Shown here: positions 16,268 to 23,621 of the stretch, one piece after another | Layout of the letters: every line of letters starts with the position of its first letter | Numbering within the stretch: position 1 is the stretch's first letter | Virus record (IMG/VR): IMGVR_UViG_3300034655_000019 | Source: a virus | Length of the DNA: 41,702 bases | Strand: one strand, 5' to 3' | Notes under the pieces: model-generated | The model's input: the letters and a program-made list of their open reading frames with translations, nothing else | Told to the model about the DNA's origin: nothing | Database searches by the model: none | Position numbers and translations under genes: made by a program

Positions 16268-17086
16268 TCACGGCTTTGGCCTCTTTGTTTCGGTCATGTC
16301 GGCTTGCTCGATCAGCTGGTCGCTAAAGCGCAGCCCTTTTAGTTGCAGGGTGTCGGTGAGTACGCCGCTGACGCGTTCATCAATGGTGATGGCGAGGTTG
16401 GTGGCTTGTCGCCCGCTTTCGAGTAGCTGCTGTATTTCGTCGCTGTCGAGATCCACTTGCGTGGCGGCTATTTTGCCGTCGTCGCCTTTGGCTTTGAGCG
16501 TGGCTTTGTCGCCTAGCTGCAGGTTGGCGGGGCGGCTTTGGGCGTCGCTTACCCAGGTGGTCATGGCGCGGATGGGTAGCGTTTGGGTGCTGAGCGGGGT
16601 GGCTTTGAGGCTGCCGAGGGTTTCGCGTAGCAGGTCTAACAGCTCTTCGCAGCGGGCGCGGCTGCCGCTGTTGATGATGATGCGGTTTTTTTCTACGTCC
16701 CACCATGCGTCGATTTTGACGCTATCGATAAAGGCGCGGGGTAGCAGCTCCTCGGTGATCTGTTCTTTGAAGGCGGTTTTTTCTTTGCGCGTGACCTTGC
16801 GGCCTTCGTTGGCTTCGACCTCCGCTGCCTTTTCCTCTACCGCTGCTTTCACCACTTTGGGTGGCAGCATGCGTTGCTGTTTGAGCATGCTGAGCAGGCG
16901 GTGGCCTTGGCTTTCGTGCAGATAGGCGTTGCTGGCGCGGCCTGCTGGGGGGGTCCAGCCGTGGCGCTTGGCATCGGTATTGCCTAACGGCTTGGCGGCT
17001 TCTGCTTGCAGCGTTTCATGCAACGTTATGCTGTCGATCGCTTGGGCGTTGTGGAGCTGGTAAACGGTGATGTTGGTAAACCACAT
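16268..17086 (-). CDS. rdgC: Recombination-associated protein RdgC homologue
   Basis: MWFTNITVYQL..., GWTPP, LPRAFIDS and LGSLKATPLS are colinear with E. coli RdgC (MLWFKNLMVYRL, GWVPP, LPRAFSRF, LGSLPVVPLS). Confidence 0.8.
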   Translation of the reverse strand: MWFTNITVYQLHNAQAIDSITLHETLQAEAAKPLGNTDAKRHGWTPPAGRASNAYLHESQGHRLLSMLKQQRMLPPKVVKAAVEEKAAEVEANEGRKVTRKEKTAFKEQITEELLPRAFIDSVKIDAWWDVEKNRIIINSGSRARCEELLDLLRETLGSLKATPLSTQTLPIRAMTTWVSDAQSRPANLQLGDKATLKAKGDDGKIAATQVDLDSDEIQQLLESGRQATNLAITIDERVSGVLTDTLQLKGLRFSDQLIEQADMTETKRPKP

Positions 17087-17114
17087 GGCTGGGCTTCCTG
17101 TTTCGGTTTTGTTT

Positions 17115-17147
17115 GCGTTATTGCGTGCTAGCGTTTTTTAACGCTGC
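17115..17147. repeat. ATAACGC heptad locus C, upstream of rdgC
   Basis: GCGTTATTGCGTGCTAGCGTTTTTTAACGC. Its 21-nt core (17115-17135) is the exact rc of 15024-15044. Confidence 0.8.
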
Positions 17148-17633
17148 TTGCTGGAGCCGCTGCTGGCGGCGTTCGCGCTTTTGCTGGGCGCGGGCTTTGC
17201 CACCTAGGCGGGCGGCTTGGCTAGTGGGCATTACCGGGGTGTTGAGCGCTTTATCTAGCGGCCAGTTGCGGCTAATGCGGTGATACACCAGCTGGGGGCT
17301 TAGCCCTGCTGCAAGGGCGCGTTCGCGTAGGGTGTTTTGCAGTTTGGCTTTGCGCGCCTGCAGAAAGGCGAGGGCGTCTTCATCGCTTAGCTGGCTTTCG
17401 GGGTGTTCGCGGCGGTAGCGGCTTAGGGCGCATTCATCTAGCCCGGCGGCTAGGCTCTTTTGGCGCTTGCTGGTGGCGATGGGCTTTATGCCACCCTTTT
17501 TGAGTGGTTTGGTGGCGGCTTTTTTCGCGTCCATGGTTTTCAGGCGATAGAGAAACGTTCTGCGCTGAATGCCGTTTTGCTCTGCGATGCGCTGCCAGTG
17601 GCTTAGTGGTAGGTCGGTCGCCATAATTTTCAT
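17118..17633 (-). CDS. Putative DNA-binding protein with repeated HTH-like segments
   Basis: Three AAGL/..Y.R-type helix-turn-helix-like repeats; basic C-terminus; ATGA coupling with the upstream gene. Confidence 0.4.
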   Translation of the reverse strand: MKIMATDLPLSHWQRIAEQNGIQRRTFLYRLKTMDAKKAATKPLKKGGIKPIATSKRQKSLAAGLDECALSRYRREHPESQLSDEDALAFLQARKAKLQNTLRERALAAGLSPQLVYHRISRNWPLDKALNTPVMPTSQAARLGGKARAQQKRERRQQRLQQAALKNASTQ

Positions 17634-17932
17634 GCCATCACCCCGTAGGCGGTTAACCGGCGTTCTTCGTGGTCGCCGTAGTGTGGGTTTTCAAAACAGA
17701 ATTCTGAGCGGATGCGGTGCGGGAAGTGGTAGCCGTCGCAGTAGCACGTGTATTTACGCCAGCCCCGGTTATCGGCCCATTTGTCGACTACCAGCGTGTT
17801 GAATTGGCCGCAGTGTTTGCAGCGGATGCGGCGGGTGTAGTCATTCGGGTGCTTGGCCTTGACCTGCCGCCCACGGCAGACGCGACAGCGGCAGTGCCTA
17901 CGGCGCGGGCCTGTGAGGATGTGCGGTTTCAT
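17630..17932 (-). CDS. Cys-rich zinc-binding hypothetical protein
   Basis: CRCRVC, CKHC and CYCDGYHFPH motifs; 100 aa. Confidence 0.45.
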   Translation of the reverse strand: MKPHILTGPRRRHCRCRVCRGRQVKAKHPNDYTRRIRCKHCGQFNTLVVDKWADNRGWRKYTCYCDGYHFPHRIRSEFCFENPHYGDHEERRLTAYGVMA

Positions 17933-18330
17933 GTGCGGCGACCCCCTGCGCTACTGCCCCGCTGAGTACGCATTAGGCGGGCGCTGGCGGTTTGCGTGGG
18001 GCGGCGGGGTAGGCGCTGGGCGATGGCATCTTGTTGGGCGCCATTGCCGAGTGTGGCGACGATCAGTAGCACGGTGAGGCAGCGAGGTAGCAGCACGCCC
18101 AGCACGAACGCGCGGGTAATGAGGTGCGCTTTGCTGAACGCGCCCAGCTTGGCCCGCAGGCTGCTTTCGAGCTGCTGCTGTTGGGCGCGGCTGGTGCCGT
18201 TGATGGCGGCAATGGCGCTGGGGGCGTTGCCGTTGGCGAGGGCGAGCAGGTGGGATAGCTCTTGCTCGCTGAGGGCTTGGCCGGGTTGGGCTAGGGCGTC
18301 GTCGTCGCGCCATGGGGTGGTGTTAGTCAT
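17929..18330 (-). CDS. LuxR/GerE-type HTH protein with hydrophobic C-terminal segment
   Basis: LSEQELSHLLALANGNAPSAIAAINGTSRAQQQQLESSLRAKLGAFSKAHLITRA fits GerE spacing. Followed by LLPRCLTVLLIVATLG. ATG 18330 overlaps the upstream stop. Confidence 0.55.
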   Translation of the reverse strand: MTNTTPWRDDDALAQPGQALSEQELSHLLALANGNAPSAIAAINGTSRAQQQQLESSLRAKLGAFSKAHLITRAFVLGVLLPRCLTVLLIVATLGNGAQQDAIAQRLPRRPTQTASARLMRTQRGSSAGGRRT

Positions 18331-18580
18331 GGTGGCCACCCGTGGCGAGTTCGGCTAGCGCGGCCTTGATCTCTTCTAAATCGCGGCGGTGGCGGTTAAT
18401 GAGAGCAAAAAGGTTGTCGAGTTCTTCCGCTGGGTACTCGCCTTCATCTAGCGCGCATTGGGCCATTTTTTCGAGGCCGCAGGCGATAGCCACGCTTTCG
18501 CGCAAGGCTTGGTGTAGCGCTTGGGGCGTGCAGGCGATGGGGGGCGAGGCGGTAACGGGGGCTAGCGCGTGCGTGGTCAT
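18323..18580 (-). CDS. Hypothetical protein, first gene of the leftward early operon
   Basis: AAGAGGG RBS; 85 aa; directly downstream of operators 18598-18634. Confidence 0.5.
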   Translation of the reverse strand: MTTHALAPVTASPPIACTPQALHQALRESVAIACGLEKMAQCALDEGEYPAEELDNLFALINRHRRDLEEIKAALAELATGGHHD

Positions 18581-18597
18581 TAGTGAAACCCTCTTGA

Positions 18598-18614
18598 TTA
18601 CACAGTCTGTGTAA
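18598..18614. promoter_or_regulatory. Operator OL-1: TTACAC-AGTCT-GTGTAA
   Basis: Perfect 8-bp arms TTACACAG/CTGTGTAA. Confidence 0.65.
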
Positions 18615-18617
18615 GAG

Positions 18618-18634
18618 TGACACTAAATGTGTTA
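18618..18634. promoter_or_regulatory. Operator OL-2: TGACAC-TAAAT-GTGTTA
   Basis: Same ACAC-N5-GTGT core, centre 20 bp from OL-1. Confidence 0.6.
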
Positions 18635-18645
18635 TTCGGCAAGCC

Positions 18646-18673
18646 AAAAAAACGGCACTTTGTGGGTGCCGTT
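18646..18673 (-). terminator. Rho-independent terminator after the repressor gene
   Basis: AACGGCAC-loop-GTGCCGTT; 7 T on the minus strand. Confidence 0.8.
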
Positions 18674-18707
18674 CTAGGATTGGGGTGTTTTTCCGCTGGG
18701 CGGGGGC

Positions 18708-19361
18708 TTAGCGTTCGTGCTCGATGATGGCGACGCGGCCGATGATGTTGAGCTGTTGTAGCTGCCCGGTGGTGAGGGTTTCATCCGGGTATTGGTGGCT
18801 GTTTTCGGCGCTCATGGTGTAGCTGCCGTTGATTTCCGGGCGTATCCAGCGCAGCCAAATGCGGTCGCCTACGAGGATGGCGAAGAGGTCGCGCACGGCA
18901 TCGGGCTTGCGGCTCATGTCGATTAGCGCTAAATCGCCCTTGCTGATAACCCCTTCCATGGCGTCATCTTCGGCTTTGACGGTGATAATACTGCTGGGTT
19001 TTAGCCCTTTTTCGGCTAGGTAGTCGTCGCGGTAGGCGGCTACATCGGTGGCGTTTTGCACGGTGATCGAGCCGCCACGGGTTTTAACCGTGGTGCGGTC
19101 TAGCACGACGTAGCTGCTGTCGATCATGCGGTTTGTCCAGCCGACAAAATAGCCGGGGTTGCAGCCAGTTACGTTGCCGATGTCTTCCAATTCTTGATAG
19201 CCGGGCATGCGAATGCCTAGCTCCCAGTTGGTATAACGAGAGCGCACGTAGCCGAGCGCTTCGACTGCGTCGCGGATCGACCACCCTAAGTGGGTGCGCA
19301 CTTCCACTAGTCGCTGTGCGATTAGCTCTTTTTTGTCCTGTCTGTCGCTTTGCTGTGACAT
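18708..19361 (-). CDS. CI-like repressor (XRE HTH + S24/LexA-like domain with apparently substituted catalytic dyad)
   Basis: N-terminal HTH (LGWSIRDAVEALGYVRSRYTNWELG). C-terminus aligns to UmuD/LexA/CI: VKAEDDAMEGVISKGDLALID versus [22 protein letters not shown], and RIWLRWI versus EFTVKKL. Confidence 0.8.
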   Translation of the reverse strand: MSQQSDRQDKKELIAQRLVEVRTHLGWSIRDAVEALGYVRSRYTNWELGIRMPGYQELEDIGNVTGCNPGYFVGWTNRMIDSSYVVLDRTTVKTRGGSITVQNATDVAAYRDDYLAEKGLKPSSIITVKAEDDAMEGVISKGDLALIDMSRKPDAVRDLFAILVGDRIWLRWIRPEINGSYTMSAENSHQYPDETLTTGQLQQLNIIGRVAIIEHER

Positions 19362-19456
19362 TTTCCGCTTCCCGTTATCTATCCCGCCGTTGATGCCGTC
19401 CGTGTGCGCCTTCGGTGATTAATTTTCGGGTAAATATTACCTCTTAGGCAATAGTA

Positions 19457-19473
19457 ATACACAAAGCGTGTAA
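19457..19473. promoter_or_regulatory. Operator OR-1: ATACAC-AAAGC-GTGTAA
   Basis: In the cI/cro divergent region. Confidence 0.6.
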
Positions 19474-19492
19474 GTGTGGAATAAAAAAACCT

Positions 19493-19777
19493 TTGTACGT
19501 GGGCAATCTTCGCGCTAGGCTTAACACACTTCGTGTTAAATGGTGCGCTAAAGTGTTGCTAAATGATTGGATTGATCAAGTGGGCGGGCCGGACTGTGCG
19601 GGCGCGCTGCTCAGCGAGAAGCCCCGTACGGTGATGAGCTGGTATCGCTTTGATCGTGCCCCGAGTTTACGCACCGCTGGGCGCATCGTGCGGTTGACCG
19701 CTGGCGCGGTGGATTATAACGGCATCTATGGCCCTTGGGCGGCGGTGCTGGCTGAGCGTGATGGGGTGGCGGCGTGA
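19493..19777 (+). CDS. Cro/YdaS-like DNA-binding protein (true start probably downstream, e.g. GTG 19556)
   Basis: LNDWIDQVGGPDCAGALLSEKPRTVMSWYRFDRAPSLRTAGRIVRLTAGAVD fits the Cro/YdaS HTH family pattern. The track start is TTG and would include operator OR-2. Confidence 0.6.
   Translation: MYVGNLRARLNTLRVKWCAKVLLNDWIDQVGGPDCAGALLSEKPRTVMSWYRFDRAPSLRTAGRIVRLTAGAVDYNGIYGPWAAVLAERDGVAA
19522..19538. promoter_or_regulatory. Operator OR-2: TAACAC-ACTTC-GTGTTA
   Basis: Perfect arms (7 bp with flanks TTAACAC/GTGTTAA). Confidence 0.6.
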
Positions 19778-20340
19778 GTGGGTTTGTTCACCCCGCCGGG
19801 CTTGCGCACAGCGAGGGCGTGGCCACCGTGGCGGCTGAGTATGGGTTGATTGGTTATGCCCGCTATTTGCTGGTGCTGGAAACCCTAGCCGCCGCTACCG
19901 GGCCGGTACAAAAAACCTATGTGGCGTGGGGCGATTTGATGCAGGCCGACGACGATAGCGCCCGTGAGTTCATGGCGTTTTACCAAGCGCAGGGGCTGTT
20001 GATCGTCGAGGATGATGGCGAATCACTCACGGTGCATTGCCCGACGCTTGAACGCGCAGACCCTGCCCAGGCACCCGCCGATGACACGCTTTACCACCAT
20101 GCCGAGCAGTGGGCGGCGTGGTTTATCAATGATCTGGCTTACCCGCCCCACGTGGCGAATCACCCCGACAACTTGCGCTATTTCGCCCGCTGGTGCGTTT
20201 CCCGCGTGACCGTGGGGGATATGAGCGCGGCAGTCGAGGCGGCGTTACGTCAGGGCGATGCGGCCAAGGTGACCGTGTTGCACGACATTTTGCAGGCGCA
20301 CCGCGCCCAACGACTCAGAGAGGCCGTCGAATGCTATTGA
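19774..20340 (+). CDS. Early protein with DUF4373-like N-terminus (possibly replication-associated)
   Basis: VATVAAEYGLIGYARYLLVLETLA resembles the DUF4373 core; GTGA coupling to cro. Confidence 0.35.
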   Translation: MSGFVHPAGLAHSEGVATVAAEYGLIGYARYLLVLETLAAATGPVQKTYVAWGDLMQADDDSAREFMAFYQAQGLLIVEDDGESLTVHCPTLERADPAQAPADDTLYHHAEQWAAWFINDLAYPPHVANHPDNLRYFARWCVSRVTVGDMSAAVEAALRQGDAAKVTVLHDILQAHRAQRLREAVECY

Positions 20341-20741
20341 TTGGAATTGCTGGCGCTAACGCGACGGCACGCGAGCGCGTGGCGCGGGCAATGCGTGATG
20401 CGCAGATTTGTACCGTGTCGGTCTACACCGATGCGCCCGCGCAGCGCTTTGGCTCTCATGCCGAAGTGGCCCGCCGCATGCAGCGCTTGGAGGGGATGAT
20501 TAGCGCGACCCCGGCCAAGGGCGCGGAGTGCTTGGTGGTGGCCCACGTGGTGCATCGCGTAGAAGCCGAGCGCATCCGTAAACTGGGTGGCCATGTAGTG
20601 CATGTAGAGGGCGTGCCGAGCGACGAGGTGCCCATTGTGCGCGGGGATCTGCTGGCCACCGCCACCAAAGACGGCCACCGCCATTTTATCGATGGTGAGG
20701 CGGCGCTGTCTGAGCTGTGGGCTAAGCGGGGTGTGGCGTGA
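20331..20741 (+). CDS. dNMP-kinase-like protein with degenerate P-loop
   Basis: MLLIGIAGANATARE (no GK[ST]) and LVVAHVVHRVEAERIRKLGGHVVHV resemble the phage dNMP kinase layout. ATG 20331 overlaps the upstream stop. Confidence 0.3.
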   Translation: MLLIGIAGANATARERVARAMRDAQICTVSVYTDAPAQRFGSHAEVARRMQRLEGMISATPAKGAECLVVAHVVHRVEAERIRKLGGHVVHVEGVPSDEVPIVRGDLLATATKDGHRHFIDGEAALSELWAKRGVA

Positions 20742-20977
20742 GCCGTTACGCCAAAGGCGCGGCGATGCTGTGCAATAACCCCCTATTTCGTGACTATCTT
20801 ACGGCTACCACCGGGCGCAGTGTGCCGGATGCCGCCACGGCGGCGGCAGAGGTGCGTCTGGCGTGTGGGGTGCTGAGCCGCCGTGAATTAGACGGAAACG
20901 AGCAAGCCGGGCGCGAATACCTGGCGCTGGTGGAGCGGTTTAACGATTGGCTGGGGGCGCGCAATGCAACGGCATAA
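20738..20977 (+). CDS. Hypothetical protein
   Basis: 79 aa, GTGA coupled. Confidence 0.4.
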   Translation: MSRYAKGAAMLCNNPLFRDYLTATTGRSVPDAATAAAEVRLACGVLSRRELDGNEQAGREYLALVERFNDWLGARNATA

Positions 20978-21296
20978 CATGCGCCGCCGTGCGCCCAATG
21001 CGGCTAAGTACAACAACAAGAAAGTGACCATTCACGGCCATACGTTCGACTCGAAAAAAGAGGCGAATTACTACCTTTACCTGCTGAGCGAGCAGCAAGC
21101 CGACCGCGTGACCATGTTCCTGATGCAAGTGCCTATCGCCCTACCGGGTGGGGTGAAATACATCGTTGATTTTGTGGTGTTCCGCGCTGATGGCTCGGTG
21201 GAGTGGATCGACGTTAAAGGCGTGCGCACTGATATGTACAAGCTGAAAAAGCGGCAGGTCGAGGAGCTGTACCCGCTGACGATTGTGGAGGCGTAG
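20964..21296 (+). CDS. DUF1064 family nuclease-like protein (putative Holliday-junction resolvase)
   Basis: KYNNKKVTIHGHTFDSKKEANYYLYL...YIVDFVVFRADGSVEWIDVKG matches the DUF1064 signature. Confidence 0.7.
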   Translation: MQRHNMRRRAPNAAKYNNKKVTIHGHTFDSKKEANYYLYLLSEQQADRVTMFLMQVPIALPGGVKYIVDFVVFRADGSVEWIDVKGVRTDMYKLKKRQVEELYPLTIVEA

Positions 21297-21298
21297 CG

Positions 21299-21724
21299 GT
21301 GGGGCGTCGGGCGGCAAATGATCTGGATGATCTGTTAGAGCGCTGGGCGCGCTGGTGCCTGCACGGTGGCGGCGCTGCGCTGGGTACGTCGCTGCTGGGC
21401 GTGTTGATCGATAACGGCGGGGTAGTGAGCCGTTCGACCGTGGGCGGGTCGGTCCCCATGGGCGCGGAGTCGTACCCGCTCGAAGAGCGCATCGAGTATG
21501 CGGTGGTATCGCTGGCGCGTGAGGATCTGTTGACCGCCGACGTGTTGCGCTTGGAGTACAACGCGGGCGTGGCGCGGGTGGTGAGCCGCCGCAAGCTGCG
21601 TGGCTATGACCACCGCAATATAGGGCAGCTGCAGAAGGCCCACGCGTTAGAAATGGGGGTGAGAACGTACAAGCGGCGGTTGGCTAAGGCCCGTTTGCAT
21701 GTTGAGCAGGTGCTAGGGCTGTGA
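21299..21724 (+). CDS. Putative late-gene regulator (antiterminator Q-like / sigma region-4-like HTH)
   Basis: LERWARWC..., VLRLEYNAG..., C-terminal GVRTYKRRLAKARLHVEQVL; GTG start with GGAGG RBS; last gene of the early-right block. Confidence 0.35.
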   Translation: MGRRAANDLDDLLERWARWCLHGGGAALGTSLLGVLIDNGGVVSRSTVGGSVPMGAESYPLEERIEYAVVSLAREDLLTADVLRLEYNAGVARVVSRRKLRGYDHRNIGQLQKAHALEMGVRTYKRRLAKARLHVEQVLGL

Positions 21725-21870
21725 CTTCCAAAGCGGTTAACTGTGTATTCCGCGTGACCGTTTTGGAAGGCAGGAAGCCTAAGACGTTTTCTATGGTAGT
21801 GCCTGCCAGCACGACCAAGAAGGCAGCAAGAACAAGCGTTATCGCCCGCTTTGGGGCGCATCGAGTGGTA

Positions 21871-21903
21871 AGCGTGAAATAACGCTAGCACGCTATAACG
21901 CAG
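21871..21903. repeat. ATAACGC heptad locus D, upstream of the 21959 gene
   Basis: AGCGTGAAATAACGCTAGCACGCTATAACGC, about 30 nt shared with 15014-15043 (1 mismatch). Confidence 0.8.
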
Positions 21904-21958
21904 ACACTGGCAATGAGCGTTGGCGCGCTATTCAAAACCGACAGTAGGAGTTACGGCC

Positions 21959-22615
21959 ATGATTGAAGCCGTTGAAGTGGCAAGAGAGAAGGATGGTAGC
22001 TTTACGCACCCTGATTGGGAGGCTCTGTTAGATTCGTTGGGTGATATGGAGCACTTGCCCCGATACATTAAATCGCTTTTTGAAAAGTCGCATGGATGCA
22101 CTATTGAGGTAGTGACCTTTGAGGGCTCTGTTGATGAAGATAGTCCCGCATACCAAGAGTATGTTGAGGAAGGCGGGGGCTTTGCGCTATGGGAGCTAGA
22201 GAAGCCTACTGCAGGTGCGGTGCTGCTTTCTATTCACGATACGGAAGATGGCCCTGTTCAGTGGTGGGCGGTGCCTTCCGCTTCATTTTCTTACGACTTG
22301 GTAGCGCATCTTGATCGGCAGCGGGCCTTTTCGGTTAAAGCCTTTGGCCCTGGTGCCCGCGCTGAGGGGATTAGCGACCACATTATAAAAGAGCTTGCCG
22401 AGGTGGCAGCTGCCCCAGAGGATCTTTCCGAGTGGATTGATATTGTTCTGCTGGGTTTCGATGGCGCTTGGCGCGCTGGCCATAGTTCAGCCGCTATTGC
22501 TGGCGCTTTAGCCGGTAAGCTGGCAAAGAATGAGCAACGGGACTGGCCTGATTGGCGAACGGCAGACCCTAACAAAGCCATTGAGCATAACCGGGAGGCG
22601 TCTGCTAATGCCTAA
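21959..22615 (+). CDS. DUF550/MazG-like dATP/dGTP pyrophosphohydrolase domain protein with extra N-terminal domain
   Basis: C-terminal half GISDHIIKELAEV...LSEWIDIVLLGFDGAWRAGHS...KNEQRDWPDWR...AIEH. ATG 21959 with TAGGAG RBS. Confidence 0.55.
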   Translation: MIEAVEVAREKDGSFTHPDWEALLDSLGDMEHLPRYIKSLFEKSHGCTIEVVTFEGSVDEDSPAYQEYVEEGGGFALWELEKPTAGAVLLSIHDTEDGPVQWWAVPSASFSYDLVAHLDRQRAFSVKAFGPGARAEGISDHIIKELAEVAAAPEDLSEWIDIVLLGFDGAWRAGHSSAAIAGALAGKLAKNEQRDWPDWRTADPNKAIEHNREASANA

Positions 22616-22994
22616 TCTCAATCAGCCCCGATTAGTGACCGGCCATGCCGTGAGCCGCAACGGGCGCGGTGACATGGGCCAAGCGGTGATCGCTCACGGG
22701 CCGTACTCCCCAGGCGGTGCCCAAAACCATTACCTCATTGGTGTGGGCGCTGAGTGCGAATTGATGACTGGCGGTGCCCAGGTGTTGGGGTGTATCAGCT
22801 TTCAGGACGGCAACCCGCAAGAGGTTGGGCCTAATGGCGTGACGCTGGAAGCGGTGCTGGCGGTGTGTGCCGACCGCCTGGAGCGCTTTCAAGATGGGCC
22901 GCATGCGAACCTCTATAACGCTGAGGCACTGCTAGGGATTGAGCGTGCGCTAGAGGCGTTGAAAGATCGCACGCGGGAGCGTGATGGCTTATGA
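22608..22994 (+). CDS. Conserved-looking hypothetical phage protein
   Basis: ATG 22608 overlaps the upstream stop; C-terminal RLERFQDGPHANLYNAEALLGIERALEALKDRTRER motif; family not recognised. Confidence 0.45.
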   Translation: MPNLNQPRLVTGHAVSRNGRGDMGQAVIAHGPYSPGGAQNHYLIGVGAECELMTGGAQVLGCISFQDGNPQEVGPNGVTLEAVLAVCADRLERFQDGPHANLYNAEALLGIERALEALKDRTRERDGL

Positions 22995-23509
22995 GCGTCG
23001 CAGTTAAGCCGATTCTTGATCCTTGTTGCGGCGGGCGCATGATGTGGCATGACCGTGATAATCCATCGGTAGTGTTTGGCGATTGCCGATCAGAAAAAAT
23101 CACAGTTACTGACCGCAGCCACGGTAAGCATGAAGGCACGCGAACGTTGCTCATTGAGCCAGACGTGTTGCTCGACTTCCGAAACCTTCCGTATGCCGAT
23201 GGCACGTTTAAGCTCGTCGCTTTTGACCCACCGCATCTATGTCGAGCAGGGCCGCGAAGCTGGCTAGCAGCGAAGTACGGAAAGTTGAGCGACAACTGGC
23301 AAGACGATATTCGCAAAGGTTTTGAAGAGTGCCTGAGAGTGCTGGAGCCCGGCGGCACCCTGGTTTTCAAGTGGAACGAAACGCAGGTCAAGATAGGCGA
23401 AGTCATAAAGCTTGCCCCGCAGCCGCCGCTATTTGGCCATCTATCAGGCCGTAAGGGGCTAACGCACTGGCTAGTGTTTATGAAGCATGATGAGAACGAC
23501 GGCCTTTAA
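22991..23509 (+). CDS. SAM-dependent DNA methyltransferase (N6-A/N4-C type, DPPH motif), orphan
   Basis: Motif I ILDPCCGG, motif IV FDPPH; no adjacent endonuclease. Confidence 0.7.
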   Translation: MSVAVKPILDPCCGGRMMWHDRDNPSVVFGDCRSEKITVTDRSHGKHEGTRTLLIEPDVLLDFRNLPYADGTFKLVAFDPPHLCRAGPRSWLAAKYGKLSDNWQDDIRKGFEECLRVLEPGGTLVFKWNETQVKIGEVIKLAPQPPLFGHLSGRKGLTHWLVFMKHDENDGL

Positions 23510-23517
23510 ACCAGTCT

Positions 23518-23563
23518 TTTAAAACGCTATAACGCTAGCGTCATATAACGCAATAACGCAACG
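23518..23563. repeat. ATAACGC heptad locus E, upstream of the integrase
   Basis: AAAACGCTATAACGCTAGCGTCATATAACGCAATAACGCAAC; the first 21 nt are shared with 15078-15098. Confidence 0.8.
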
Positions 23564-23621
23564 GCTCAGCCCGGCGCATTGACCCCCGAGCGGGGGCGTT
23601 GCTGTCTCGGAGTTTGAGCCA

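Noticed and set aside
16296-16925. 209-aa + strand ORF antisense to rdgC
   Set aside because: The opposite strand encodes a clear RdgC homologue, and the product is Ser/Leu/Arg-rich with no motifs.
8044-19361. N15/VP882/phiHAP-1-style linear plasmid prophage (protelomerase plus telomere palindrome)
   Set aside because: There is no large protelomerase-like ORF and no long telRL-type palindrome. The contig closes as a circle, and a resolvase plus RepA system is present instead.
22831-23406. 191-aa minus-strand ORF antisense to the methyltransferase and upstream gene
   Set aside because: The + strand genes carry recognisable motifs (DPPH, LDPCCGG). The antisense frame is low complexity.
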